IMG/VR virus record: IMGVR_UViG_3300042893_001849
DNA length: 64,000 nucleotides
Direction: 5' to 3' (one strand)
Source of the DNA: a virus
Part shown: positions 27,491-38,435 of the stretch, piece by piece
Numbering within the stretch: the first letter of the stretch is position 1
How the letters are laid out: each line of letters starts with the position of its first letter
Notes under the pieces: generated by a model
The model's input: only the letters and a program-made list of their open reading frames with translations
Told to the model about the DNA's origin: nothing
Database searches by the model: none
Position numbers and translations under genes: made by a program

Positions 27491-28240
27491 ATGCCAAAAA
27501 CATCACAAAAAGTATTTAAAGACAGTTTAGATAAAGCATTTAGTGGAATTAAACTTAATCCAAGTACCATGACAGACCATGCAGGATATTCACAAGGTAT
27601 GAAAGAAGATAAAACTGAGGACACACCAATGATTAAAAGAAGTATTAATAAATTTCTTCACGCTAAGAAAAAAGAAACTAAAGAACAAGACGAGGTTACT
27701 GAAAAATGGAGTGAAAAATATAAAAAATCTATAAACTGTTCTAACCCAAAAGGGTTCAGTCAGAAAGCTCATTGCCAAGGACGTAAGAAGAAAGAAACAA
27801 AAGAAGCGACAGGTTCAGGTTCATCAGGAGCATATTCAGGACCAGTATTTGGTGGAGACGATGCGTTTTGGGAAAGAAGTAGAAGTGAGAACCCTAAGAT
27901 AAAAGAACAAGTTGAGAAAGTTGAGACTAAAGAAGCAACAACATCTGGTTCAGTTGGTGGTTATGAATCACCTTCAATGTGGGCCAAGTCAACCAAAAAG
28001 AAAGATTGGGGACCAAGTAGAAAGACTCAAATACCTGGCGGAGGGTTTGTTAAAATTAAAAAGAAATGTACTAAGTTCCCATACTGTAATCAGGGAGATA
28101 TTAATAACATAAAGATTAGTAAAAACGAATCAGTTAAAGAGGCGATTAAGAATGTCTCAAGGAAAACAGGAGTTAGCGAAAATGTCATTAAGACTATTTT
28201 GGAACACGAATACGAAAAAATAAACAAAAGACAGAAATAA
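27491..28240 (+). CDS. Hypothetical Lys-rich protein.
   Basis: 249 aa, highly basic and low-complexity. Confidence 0.4.
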   Translation: MPKTSQKVFKDSLDKAFSGIKLNPSTMTDHAGYSQGMKEDKTEDTPMIKRSINKFLHAKKKETKEQDEVTEKWSEKYKKSINCSNPKGFSQKAHCQGRKKKETKEATGSGSSGAYSGPVFGGDDAFWERSRSENPKIKEQVEKVETKEATTSGSVGGYESPSMWAKSTKKKDWGPSRKTQIPGGGFVKIKKKCTKFPYCNQGDINNIKISKNESVKEAIKNVSRKTGVSENVIKTILEHEYEKINKRQK

Positions 28241-28263
28241 AGATATTTATAAGAAAACAATTA

Positions 28264-29799
28264 ATGATGAATAATTTTAACAAAAATATTGATAAACTTG
28301 TCTCAAGAATCTTGAACGAAGAGATTGAGGGGAAAGTTAAAGAACTATCAAAAAAAATCAATGAAGGTGAATGGACTGAAGTTGAAATGGATGAAGAACT
28401 TAAAGGGGGTCAAAAGAAGATTGACGTTGCCGAGCCAAAAGGTAAAATCACTTCAGCAGATTTTAAGAAATTAAGAGATGCTAAAAAACATAAAGAAGAA
28501 GTTGAAGAATGGTTTTTCTTTGATGACGAAGAAGGTGAATCAACTCCTGGTGATTATGAGGGTGACGAAGAAGAGGAAGAAGAGGCTGAAGAATTATCTG
28601 CTCAAGAACCAACTTACGTTGGTAAAGGTTTAGGTAAGAATAGTTGGGACGTTAGTCGTAAACCAAAAATGATGGGTTCATTTGATGATGAACACGGATG
28701 GTATGATGACATTGACAGACAAAGTCATCCTGATGCTATTTCAGATTATGATGAAGAAGAATTTCCTGATTTTGAATCATTGATGTCAAAACATGGTAAA
28801 AACCAATCATGGTTTGCACCAAAAGGTGGAGAAAGATTCTTTAAACAATATCAAGATAAATTTGGTGGTAAACCATTCAGAGTTAGAACTCCAAGGGATA
28901 TGGGTGAGCAAGAAACTGAAGAAGGAAATGCTTTCTCAGGGGCTTTAGCTGACGCTAAAAAAGATGGTAAAGATTCTTTTGAAGTTGACGGTAAAAAATA
29001 TCAAGTTAAAGAAAATAAGAATTCATTAAGATTAACAGAAGACGAATTAATCGATATGATTGAACAAATTGTACTTGAACAAAAAGTTAAAGACAAAGCA
29101 GAAACTTCAAACATTGCAAAGAAAGAGGCTGAAGGTCTTAAAAAGACTAATAAGGTTTTAGAATTAGACAAGAAAGAGAATGATGATTATGCAAAAGAAG
29201 TAGTTACAAAAATGAAAGATTACATGAAAGATATGTTCATGGGTGGTAAAGGATACGATGAAAACCCTGACGATTTCCCTCAAAGTAATTACGACATGGA
29301 AAAAGAACACAAAGAAATGAAATATCATCCATCTGACGCAGTTGAAGAATACATCGAGGCGTTTGCTTACCCTGGTATGACAAACTTAGTTTATGATGAA
29401 ATCAAACCTGACGATAAGAGAATTGAGAAACAATTAAAAGGTGACGCGACTACGGGAAATGCAGTTACGGGTAAAGATGGTAAAGCTTTAGGTAATGTAT
29501 CAAAAAGAAGTGGTGAAGTTGGAGAAAGATTTAAAAAGAATTACGATGAAAATTTATATGGTGCTGAACAAATGAAAGCGTCTTATAAGAGACAACCACA
29601 ACCTGTTGAGGTTGAAGGTCAAGGTAAATCGAAAGGTTCTTTAAAGTCTAAACAAGGAGCTGACAAATCAAGTTCAATTAATAAGGCAACTAAAATACTT
29701 AACACATTAGAATCTACGGAAGATAAGAAAGTAAAAATCGTATCTGAAGAGATGAATAAGATGAAAAATTTAATTTCTTACGACAGAAAAACTCAATAA
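28264..29799 (+). CDS. Hypothetical highly charged protein (possible internal virion or scaffold-like protein).
   Basis: 511 aa, E/D/K-rich. Confidence 0.4.
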   Translation: MMNNFNKNIDKLVSRILNEEIEGKVKELSKKINEGEWTEVEMDEELKGGQKKIDVAEPKGKITSADFKKLRDAKKHKEEVEEWFFFDDEEGESTPGDYEGDEEEEEEAEELSAQEPTYVGKGLGKNSWDVSRKPKMMGSFDDEHGWYDDIDRQSHPDAISDYDEEEFPDFESLMSKHGKNQSWFAPKGGERFFKQYQDKFGGKPFRVRTPRDMGEQETEEGNAFSGALADAKKDGKDSFEVDGKKYQVKENKNSLRLTEDELIDMIEQIVLEQKVKDKAETSNIAKKEAEGLKKTNKVLELDKKENDDYAKEVVTKMKDYMKDMFMGGKGYDENPDDFPQSNYDMEKEHKEMKYHPSDAVEEYIEAFAYPGMTNLVYDEIKPDDKRIEKQLKGDATTGNAVTGKDGKALGNVSKRSGEVGERFKKNYDENLYGAEQMKASYKRQPQPVEVEGQGKSKGSLKSKQGADKSSSINKATKILNTLESTEDKKVKIVSEEMNKMKNLISYDRKTQ

Positions 29800-29838
29800 A
29801 AATTCACATTTAATATCATTTTATTATATTCTCCATAG

Positions 29839-30312
29839 ATGAACTCTATGGAGAATTTTTTTAATTGGATATCCAAACCAATACCTGAAGACGAATTAAT
29901 AATTTGGCTTAATATTCATAATATGAATTATGAAAAAATTGAATTGTATGGTGACATATTCAAATCTTTGAACCATATTATTATTGATACGTATATGGGT
30001 AATACTGATGAAAATACCGAGACTAAAATATCTTTAACTCAAGAAGATAAAGAATTACATTTTGTGTGGTGTTGGAATAAAGTTGTAGAAGACTTCCGAA
30101 AAGAAAACATTAAGATTAAGGAATATGGAGACCATAAAGAATATTTTAAATCATTTTTTATGGATACGTTTTATAACCATCCCGATAAAAATATTAAAGA
30201 TTCTATTCCAAAATTCTTAGGTGAAGTTTTTGATTTAAATAAACCATTCAGCAAATCAGATTTAGATATATTAACCGAACTTTATAAGTTATTAGAAAAG
30301 AGTATAGTTTAA
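29839..30312 (+). CDS. Hypothetical protein.
   Basis: 157 aa. Confidence 0.4.
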   Translation: MNSMENFFNWISKPIPEDELIIWLNIHNMNYEKIELYGDIFKSLNHIIIDTYMGNTDENTETKISLTQEDKELHFVWCWNKVVEDFRKENIKIKEYGDHKEYFKSFFMDTFYNHPDKNIKDSIPKFLGEVFDLNKPFSKSDLDILTELYKLLEKSIV

Positions 30313-30393
30313 AAAAAACCCTTATTCTATTTACACCAGAGGGATAAAAGTTAATATTCTAAAATAAACAATAAACTAAATTATAATTTAACA

Positions 30394-30576
30394 ATGGAAA
30401 CATTAGAACAAATTAAAGTATTAACTGAATTACTTTCAGTGGACACAACAAAATTCTTTAACGGAAACAAAAGTGCTGGTACCAGAGCTAGAAAATCTGC
30501 ACAAGAGTTGAAAGCATTACTTCAACAATTAAGAGGCGAAGTTTTAGAGCGCAACAAGACAGAAAAGAATGCATAA
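30394..30576 (+). CDS. Hypothetical small basic protein.
   Basis: 60 aa, KSAGTRARKSAQELK. Confidence 0.3.
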   Translation: METLEQIKVLTELLSVDTTKFFNGNKSAGTRARKSAQELKALLQQLRGEVLERNKTEKNA

Positions 30577-30753
30577 TATTGATACAATATATTTTTTTAT
30601 ATTTGTTTTCACAATATTAGTGTCATTGAAAAATGTCACAAAGTTTATAGGTGCCCTGTTACAAAAAGAACCAAAACCTTTGGTCTATAGTAACAGGGAG
30701 CTTATTTTCCTCGGACTATCAATAAGTTACATAATCACATATCTATATACAAA

Positions 30754-31215
30754 ATGAGTTTTTATAAAGAATTAGCACCGTTCGTAGAATACATCCACTC
30801 AATAAGAAAACTAAAAACTTATTTGAGTTTTGATATGGTTTTTCCAACAAAATGGGCAATACCTAAGAGTTTAATTGAGGAGGGTCAAATAGTCGGATTT
30901 GAGGCCGAAGACCAAAATTTTAAAGGGATTTCATTTGTTGCTCCAATTGCTGATAAAGAGATTTCAAATACTTTAATTAAAATTGCCAAGATTATTAAAT
31001 TAAATAAAGAAAAAGAATTTAAAGAAAAATTATTTAAGCAAACAGTTGAGCAACTAAAACAAACATTTGAAAAAACTGATTTAGATAAACTTCAAAATTT
31101 ATATTTTGACTTCGATGAGGGAGACACAACTTTAGATATTGAAGAAGAACCAAATTTAGAACTACATGAGCAACACGAACCCGTTACAGAGAGCCATGAG
31201 GATGGTGGAGAGTGA
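30754..31215 (+). CDS. Hypothetical protein.
   Basis: 153 aa. Confidence 0.35.
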   Translation: MSFYKELAPFVEYIHSIRKLKTYLSFDMVFPTKWAIPKSLIEEGQIVGFEAEDQNFKGISFVAPIADKEISNTLIKIAKIIKLNKEKEFKEKLFKQTVEQLKQTFEKTDLDKLQNLYFDFDEGDTTLDIEEEPNLELHEQHEPVTESHEDGGE

Positions 31216-31528
31216 GGAGAGAAAAGACTCTCAGCAAGTTGAGAAAATTAAACAATCTTATATTAAGGAAATTAAAAAGATTAAAAAAGAAGAAATGTTT
31301 CCTGTACCAAAAAAAATAAGTTTATGGAAGAGAATAAAAATACTACTTTTGGGGAGTTAGAAAAATTAGCATTGATTGCCGAATCAGTTCAAACAATTTT
31401 TAGTGGTAAGGCAACCATTGTATTCGAATTACCTAAAGGTGAATATACCAGTGTTATTAATCACTTCAGAGAAGTGGATAGACACCACAAACAATTTTCA
31501 ATTGATATTTCAGGAACCGATTTCCATT

Positions 31529-32173
31529 TTATTTTGACTGAGGCAGAGAAGTAAATTTTCTATACAAAACTTTTTTATCAAAGCCATTTGCCTCCAAAAT
31601 TCCATATAGATATTTTCGTTGAGCTGAGGAGTAATCTTTTACAAAAAGACAATCTCCTCTTTTTGTTTTAAAGAAGTGTGAAGAAAGACAATCAACAAAC
31701 CTTGAAGATTCTTTTTCTGATTTGAGTGTGAATAGATAGAACTTTTCTTCTTGTTGAATAACAATCTTATTATTTAATACGGATATCATTTTCATACCAT
31801 CACCCTTCATATATTTTTTCATAAGTTCTTGAGTGGTTATTTTCTTACTTTCTTTAATATCGTAAATAAGTTCTTCCTTTTTGTACGGAGCAATCTGGAA
31901 TAAAGTCATTCCATCTTCATTTAACTTAACTCTAACATTCCTACCGAACTCATCAGTCATATAAACTGGAACAAGTTGTTTACCACTCATCTCAACAAGA
32001 CCAATCTCATATTTACATTCTTTAGCCGCCTCAACTTCAACATCAAAAATTACATCTTGAGATTCTGTTAATAATTTATCATAAAACAATTTGGCTTTAT
32101 TGAACGTGATGAACTTCTTTATTATTTTTTTCTTTGTCTTATTTTTGAACAAGACTACGATGTAGTTCTCCAT
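31529..32173 (-). CDS. Hypothetical protein.
   Basis: 214 aa minus-strand ORF, convergent with upstream genes. Confidence 0.4.
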   Translation of the reverse strand: MENYIVVLFKNKTKKKIIKKFITFNKAKLFYDKLLTESQDVIFDVEVEAAKECKYEIGLVEMSGKQLVPVYMTDEFGRNVRVKLNEDGMTLFQIAPYKKEELIYDIKESKKITTQELMKKYMKGDGMKMISVLNNKIVIQQEEKFYLFTLKSEKESSRFVDCLSSHFFKTKRGDCLFVKDYSSAQRKYLYGILEANGFDKKVLYRKFTSLPQSK

Positions 32174-32175
32174 AT

Positions 32176-33099
32176 ATGAAAGATTACTATAAAATTTTAG
32201 AAGTTGAAGAGAAAGCGTCCGCAGATGAGATTAAAAAATCATACAGAGCACTTTCAAAGAAATATCACCCCGATGTAAATCCTGATGGAGCAGAACAATT
32301 TAAGGGAATTGCTGAGGCATATGACGTACTAAGTAATCCAGAAAAGAAAGCCAAATACGATAGTTCAAAATCAAATCCATTCGAAGGAACAGCTTATGAA
32401 GATATGTTCTCACAGATGTTTAGGAATGGAGGTTCTCCGTTCAGACAACAAAAAAGAAAAAACGCCCCTGATAAAATAGTGAAGGTAGTTATTACTCCTA
32501 TTGAATCATACTTAGGTGTGGAAAAAGATATTCATTATATTAAGGAAAACCATTGTAACATTTGTAGTGGAACAGGTGGGGAACAACAACAATGTACGAC
32601 ATGTAAGGGACAAGGGTTTGAAGTAAAAACATATGGTACTGGATTCATGGTACAACAAATTAGAACTAATTGTAGTACCTGTGGTGGTAAAGGATACACT
32701 TTGGTACACAAGTGTTATAACTGTGGAGGGAATGGTACCAAATCTTTGGCGAATAGTGTTAAAATAAAATTACCTGTTGGTATTGATTCAGGACAGTATT
32801 TAAAACTTGAAAATGCTGGTGATTTTAAACACGGAGACTATGGGGATTTAGTTATTCAAATTGAAGTTGTGAGTAAAGACGGGTTTGAAAAATTGAATAA
32901 CGATTTAATATATAATCTTTACCTTAATTTAGAAGAGGTCCAAAAAGATAAGTTCCTAATACCACACCCAAATGGGGATTTAAGTATGGGTTCACCACGT
33001 TTATTTGACACCTCAAGACCTTTAAGACTTAAAGGTAAGGGATATAATGGAGGGGATATGTATGTTAAGTTAAATGTTAAGTTTGAACGACCTATTTAG
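32176..33099 (+). CDS. dnaJ: DnaJ-like chaperone (J domain plus CxxCxGxG zinc fingers).
   Basis: DYYKILEV...SYRALSKKYHPDVNPD J domain and four CxxCxGxG repeats. Confidence 0.8.
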   Translation: MKDYYKILEVEEKASADEIKKSYRALSKKYHPDVNPDGAEQFKGIAEAYDVLSNPEKKAKYDSSKSNPFEGTAYEDMFSQMFRNGGSPFRQQKRKNAPDKIVKVVITPIESYLGVEKDIHYIKENHCNICSGTGGEQQQCTTCKGQGFEVKTYGTGFMVQQIRTNCSTCGGKGYTLVHKCYNCGGNGTKSLANSVKIKLPVGIDSGQYLKLENAGDFKHGDYGDLVIQIEVVSKDGFEKLNNDLIYNLYLNLEEVQKDKFLIPHPNGDLSMGSPRLFDTSRPLRLKGKGYNGGDMYVKLNVKFERPI

Positions 33100-33355
33100 T
33101 AAAGGTGTCAACCAAATCATGAATTAAAGCGATTGTGCCGTAGATTGCTGCAAATAGTAAATAAGCACCAAAAAATATTGTTGCGTATTGGCCCTTAGAT
33201 GTTGGCTTTTGATTACATTTTTTACATTCTGACATAATAGTTGTGTTAAGTTAATAAATAATACAATATTAGTATTGTATAGTCAATCTTATAAAACTTA
33301 TTAGAATCATTTGCTTTTTTGAATTTTATTTGTTATACTTGTAAAAAAGAAATCT

Positions 33356-34198
33356 ATGGCATTATCATACATCGGAGGTAAATCTAAAATTGGTAAATGG
33401 ATTGTACCGTTCTACCCTAACGACATGGAGACATACGTTGAACCATTCTCAGGAATGTTTTGGTGCTTCTTCAATACGAACTTAAATCAGTTCCCAAACT
33501 TAAAGAGAGTCGTTTATAACGACTTTAATCCATTAAACTATAACTTGTTCCAATGTTTACAGAACCCGTCTCAATTGTTAGATGAGGTCAATGCAATACC
33601 TTGTCAACAACAAGGGGTTAGTGTAACACCTGCAATATATAAAGAACAATTTATCAGGTTCCAAGCTGAAATTTTTGCTCAAGACTTCAGGGTACAACCT
33701 TATGATTATGTTATTGCCGCCAAATATGCTTACGTATTGTCACAAGTATTTTCAGGGTCTAAACCTGAAACAAGTTCATTCATTGATTTAAAAGGTAAAT
33801 ACAAGTCAAAATATCTAACCTTTAGAGATAAGTTAAGTAAACCTGATTGGGTTGAACATTTCTTAAGAATCAGTCATGTTGAGAATTTAGACTTCCAAGC
33901 GGTTATTGATAAGTATGATTCACCATCGACTTATATCTATTTGGACCCTCCATATTGGAAGACGGAGAACTATTATAATAATCATGATTTTGATAGAGAA
34001 GACCACGAAAGACTTGCAAACGTATTAAATAACGTACAGGGTAAATTTAGTTTATCGTATTACGATTTTGACTTATTACACACATGGTACCCTGAAACTA
34101 CGTTCAGATGGGAGAAAAAGGAATTCGCAAAAGCTGCTGCCGCAAAAAAAGGTGTAAAACAAAATATGGGTGAAGAGCTACTTATATTGAATTATTAG
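33356..34198 (+). CDS. DNA N6-adenine methyltransferase (Dam-like), second copy.
   Basis: LSYIGGKSK N-terminus, FSG motif and DPPYW catalytic motif. Confidence 0.75.
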   Translation: MALSYIGGKSKIGKWIVPFYPNDMETYVEPFSGMFWCFFNTNLNQFPNLKRVVYNDFNPLNYNLFQCLQNPSQLLDEVNAIPCQQQGVSVTPAIYKEQFIRFQAEIFAQDFRVQPYDYVIAAKYAYVLSQVFSGSKPETSSFIDLKGKYKSKYLTFRDKLSKPDWVEHFLRISHVENLDFQAVIDKYDSPSTYIYLDPPYWKTENYYNNHDFDREDHERLANVLNNVQGKFSLSYYDFDLLHTWYPETTFRWEKKEFAKAAAAKKGVKQNMGEELLILNY

Positions 34199-34242
34199 TT
34201 ATTTTTGCATTCCCAACATATTTATTAATAAATAAAAATCAG

Positions 34243-35565
34243 ATGAAATTTACGTCGTTATTAAAAAACATCATAGCAGAACAATCAAGGTTTGAAGTTT
34301 TGTTTAATGCTTTGACAAAACCAAGTGAGGATAAGAATGGTGTTAAGGTAAAACCCAAGCTAGATAAGAAAGAATTTATTGAATTAGTTAAGGCAGACCC
34401 AACAACAAAATTGAATAATATTGAAATTGATACGGCGAATTCTGACCAATTAGCTAAGGTAAAGGCGGGAGCGTATGTTCAATGGTTAATTAAGAATTAT
34501 TTAAACCCGAAGACTGAAAGACAGTATGGTGATAATGGTTATGAAAAAGAGGTTAAGCAGGTTAAAGCGACTTTTATGGAAGACCTTTATAAAGTTACTG
34601 ATGACCTTAAAAAGTTTGAAAGATTCAAAGGTAGATTACCTAAAGAATTAAGAGATATTAATAAGATTACTCCTGACCAACTATATGACGCGGTTAAAGA
34701 TTTTGATTTAACATTGGCATCAACAACTAAAGCTGAAAGAAAATCTGCTGAGGTTCACCCTGGTGCTAAATTAATGTATGACGGTGATAATTGGAGAGTA
34801 ATTGAAATTAAAGATAAGGGAGTTGTTGGTAAAGAGGCGGCTTGTTTCTACGGTGGTAATAACCAAGAAACAAGATGGTGTACATCTGCACCTGGTGCTT
34901 CATGGTTTGATAGATATATTAAGGATGGTCCTTTATATGTGATATTCAATCCAAACGATACAGACCTTGCTCCATCAACAGGATTACCTAAAACTCGTTA
35001 TCAATTCCATTTCCCATCAAACCAATTTATGGATAAGGATGACCGTCAACAAGATTTGGTTCAATTACTTAACGGACCAATGGCAGAATTGAAATCATTC
35101 TTTAAACCTGAGTTTGCTAAAGGTCTTACTGTGGGTGGAGAGAAATTGGTTATTGATAGTTTCAGTCATGGAGCAATCGGTAAGTTCATCGCTCTTTATG
35201 GTTTAGATGATTTAATTGGAAGTTTACCTGAATCACTAAAAGAATTCCAAATTCAAAACAGAGGTAATGATAACAAAAACGTTATTATTACTATCCCTGA
35301 AGAGATTGGAAGATTTAAAGATTTGAATATGATTCTATTGGATAACTGCATTACATCTATCCCTGAATCAATCTGTACATTACCTAAATTGAGATTCTTA
35401 GCGTTAATTAATAACCCTGAATTAAGAACAATTCCTGATTGTATTGCAGATTTACCTAATTTATATTTCTTGAACTTGAAAGGTTCTACCAATGTTGAGG
35501 TACCTGAAGCGATTAAGGCTAAAGGAACTGATATGGGCGGAGGTATGTGGGACCTTCAAGACTAA
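34243..35565 (+). CDS. Protein with an N-terminal conserved domain (paralog of 43192..44793) and C-terminal leucine-rich repeats.
   Basis: ACFYGGNNQETRWCTSAPGASWFDRY matches SCYYGKGTKWCTAAETDTHF in 43192. The C-terminal region has LRR-like periodicity (LxxLxLxNxxIxxIP). Confidence 0.45.
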   Translation: MKFTSLLKNIIAEQSRFEVLFNALTKPSEDKNGVKVKPKLDKKEFIELVKADPTTKLNNIEIDTANSDQLAKVKAGAYVQWLIKNYLNPKTERQYGDNGYEKEVKQVKATFMEDLYKVTDDLKKFERFKGRLPKELRDINKITPDQLYDAVKDFDLTLASTTKAERKSAEVHPGAKLMYDGDNWRVIEIKDKGVVGKEAACFYGGNNQETRWCTSAPGASWFDRYIKDGPLYVIFNPNDTDLAPSTGLPKTRYQFHFPSNQFMDKDDRQQDLVQLLNGPMAELKSFFKPEFAKGLTVGGEKLVIDSFSHGAIGKFIALYGLDDLIGSLPESLKEFQIQNRGNDNKNVIITIPEEIGRFKDLNMILLDNCITSIPESICTLPKLRFLALINNPELRTIPDCIADLPNLYFLNLKGSTNVEVPEAIKAKGTDMGGGMWDLQD

Positions 35566-35591
35566 TTGTTTAACAACTAACTGACTATACT

Positions 35592-35942
35592 ATGAGTGTT
35601 GATGTTGAGATATACATGAATAACATCGTTAAATTCTTTAGAGAAAATCCGAACGACCTTCTTAACTTGGTTCCAAAGACCAAGGAGGAAGAGTTTTATT
35701 CTAAGCTACGTGAAGTTGCTTTTCAAAACTACGAAAATGGAGAAGAAGTTAATTTAACTCGAGAACAAATTATTGAGATTTGTGCTAATATTCATGGTAA
35801 GACTAAGAAGGTCAGAGAAGAAAAGAAAGAACCTACAAAATCTTTAACGATTGATGAAATTTTAAAACATCCCAAATATCAAGAACTTTCATTAGACCAC
35901 TTGATAATTTCAACCCAATTTGGAAAATATTCTTTAAATTAA
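35592..35942 (+). CDS. Hypothetical protein.
   Basis: 116 aa. Confidence 0.35.
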   Translation: MSVDVEIYMNNIVKFFRENPNDLLNLVPKTKEEEFYSKLREVAFQNYENGEEVNLTREQIIEICANIHGKTKKVREEKKEPTKSLTIDEILKHPKYQELSLDHLIISTQFGKYSLN

Positions 35943-35995
35943 TTAGGCTGGTAATTTTATTGGGCGTATATTTGTAATCTAAACAAATCAGATAT

Positions 35996-36745
35996 ATGTT
36001 GTCAATCGAAACCCTACATGAAGTTGCTCCATCAGTATTCGCAACTAGTCCATCTCCGAAAATGTCGGACAAGTACACATTCGTTCCTACCATCGAAGTT
36101 GTTGAAAACTTTGATAGAGAAGGTTGGAAAGTTTATTCAGCCTCGCAAGTTGGTAAAGGTCAATTTGCTCAGCACGAGTTGCGTCTTCGTAATGGTGACT
36201 TACCACAAGTTGGTGATTCATTAATCGAGGCGGTAATTAGAAACTCGCACAATGGATTAAGTTCATTCTCTGTGAGCTCAGGTCTTCACCGTTTGGTATG
36301 TTCTAACGGACTTACTGTACCTACCTCAGTTTCCGATTCAATTGCCGTGAAACACATGAAAATTGATATGGGAGCTGTAAGACAAATCACAGACCAATTC
36401 GCAGAGAGATTACCGATTGTACAGAGAGCCGTGGGTAAAATGGAATCAAGTTTTATGAGCGATGCTCAGTTGGTTGATTTCGTCAACAAGTCAGCAATGA
36501 TTCGTTGGGACAAAGGTTCAATCCCTGTTATTAAAATGGAGGACTTCTTACGTCCTGAAAGAGATGGGGATATTGGCAACAGTGTCTGGAAGGTATTCAA
36601 TGTAATTCAAGAAAAGTTTGTTCGAGGTGGATTGAAGTATCAATCTAAAAAAGGTAGAACGACTTCAATGAAAGAGTTGAAAAATTTCTACAACATTAAC
36701 AAAGTTAATACTACACTTTGGGAGTTGGCAGAAACGTATTGTTAA
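35996..36745 (+). CDS. DUF932-like protein (phage/plasmid family).
   Basis: RNSHNGLSSF...HRLVCSNGL resembles the DUF932/TIGR03299 core (NSHDGS...R.VCSNG). Confidence 0.4.
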   Translation: MLSIETLHEVAPSVFATSPSPKMSDKYTFVPTIEVVENFDREGWKVYSASQVGKGQFAQHELRLRNGDLPQVGDSLIEAVIRNSHNGLSSFSVSSGLHRLVCSNGLTVPTSVSDSIAVKHMKIDMGAVRQITDQFAERLPIVQRAVGKMESSFMSDAQLVDFVNKSAMIRWDKGSIPVIKMEDFLRPERDGDIGNSVWKVFNVIQEKFVRGGLKYQSKKGRTTSMKELKNFYNINKVNTTLWELAETYC

Positions 36746-36794
36746 TCAAGATGGGGGACTTTGTTCCCCATTTTATTTTTCCTATATTTGTATC

Positions 36795-38435
36795 ATGAAG
36801 GTGGAGTTATTCAAACAAAGTTTCGAGAAGTATAAGTGTGTCTTTAATAAGACATCTACGCCAATTCAAAACAAGGACTTTATTTACGTTAATACTGAGG
36901 ATGTGTTTGGTGATTTAGTTAACCTCAATCAACCAACAAAGAAACACCCATTATTCGTTGTGGAAAAAGTCACTACGGATGAGGAGTCTTATATAGAGAA
37001 TTATAATAACCTTATGTGTGATGTAACTAAGTCTTACGTAATGGTTATTATTGAGAAGACAGAAGATAAAGTATCCATTAAAGTATTCAGAGGTAGTAGG
37101 AATAGACGAGCGGGTAATGTATGGTTTAAAGTCTCTCGAAATGTTGATTACATCACCGTAAATAAAAAGACTGGAGATGTTTATCATGGTTATCTACACG
37201 ATTATCAGAAGAAAAGAAAATGTGCTAAAAAGATTAGACGTAATTTCTTTTTTGCTGAACCGATAAACACTATCAAAAATATTATTCAGAACGCTTTATC
37301 TGATTATGGGGTAAACACGTATGAAATTGCAATCCGTGCGGTTTCTACATTCATGCTCGAAGTTGATGAAAGAGACGGATTTGAAAATTTAGATTTCAAC
37401 AAAAGATTATTTAGATTTTATTTGAATAAAAGACAGGTGAAATATCCAAATAATTTTTATGTGTATACTCAAATTTTAGTAGGACCTGAGATAAGAAAAA
37501 TATTAAAGAAGAACAATAATAAGTTGGTGGAGTCTTATATGATTAAGGAAGGACTATCAGGTAAGAAATTAAAGAAGGCTCTACATAATTGTGATACATT
37601 AAATATTGAACTATATAAACATGCGAGAATCCTATTTGGTGATGATTGGTTAAATCAAGATGAGGATGTTATATCTAAACTCCTCAATAGTAAGTTACAA
37701 TGTATGATAGTTCCGACTGAGTTCAAAACTTTTATTAGCCCTGAAGAACTTAAAAGAGTATATTCAATATTTAAGAGAGTTTTCATTTATGATGACTTGG
37801 ACTCTTACACTTTTTATGACCACATAAGGATGTATACGGAATTAAGGTTATATGGTGAAGATGATTTAAGATGGTATTCAGAAAATAGTAAAGAAGAGTT
37901 TAGAGAAGAACATTTAGATTGGACAGAAAAGATTCAATTCTATAAACAAGGAAACTATACCAGAACATACCCTGAATATTTCAAAGAAGTTATTGAAAAA
38001 GAAATTGATGGGTATACACCAGTGTTGTTGATGGATAGCAACTCATACAATGAGGAAAGTATGACACAATCAAATTGTGTTAAGACTTATATTGGTAAAC
38101 CGTCTTCGTTTATTGTATCATTAAGGAAAGGATTATTTGGTGATAGAGCAACTCTTGAATATAAGTTGTCCAAGAATGGGGAATATATTATCCCGATAAG
38201 AGTTCAGTCTCTTGGGAAATTTAATGGTAAGTTAGACGAAGAATGGAATGACGTTCTATTTAAATTAGACAAGGTTATATTATCTTCTATTAAAGATAAA
38301 AGATTTGAGACCGTTAAGATTATCAAAGAGTGTAAGAATGGGGTAACACTTAAATCAGACACTTATTGGGAGAATGATAATTTGAAATGGACTTATAAAA
38401 ACATTGAAACACAACATAATTGGGTTCTTTATTAA
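36795..38435 (+). CDS. Hypothetical protein.
   Basis: 546 aa. TATATTTG box 4 nt upstream of the ATG. Confidence 0.4.
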   Translation: MKVELFKQSFEKYKCVFNKTSTPIQNKDFIYVNTEDVFGDLVNLNQPTKKHPLFVVEKVTTDEESYIENYNNLMCDVTKSYVMVIIEKTEDKVSIKVFRGSRNRRAGNVWFKVSRNVDYITVNKKTGDVYHGYLHDYQKKRKCAKKIRRNFFFAEPINTIKNIIQNALSDYGVNTYEIAIRAVSTFMLEVDERDGFENLDFNKRLFRFYLNKRQVKYPNNFYVYTQILVGPEIRKILKKNNNKLVESYMIKEGLSGKKLKKALHNCDTLNIELYKHARILFGDDWLNQDEDVISKLLNSKLQCMIVPTEFKTFISPEELKRVYSIFKRVFIYDDLDSYTFYDHIRMYTELRLYGEDDLRWYSENSKEEFREEHLDWTEKIQFYKQGNYTRTYPEYFKEVIEKEIDGYTPVLLMDSNSYNEESMTQSNCVKTYIGKPSSFIVSLRKGLFGDRATLEYKLSKNGEYIIPIRVQSLGKFNGKLDEEWNDVLFKLDKVILSSIKDKRFETVKIIKECKNGVTLKSDTYWENDNLKWTYKNIETQHNWVLY

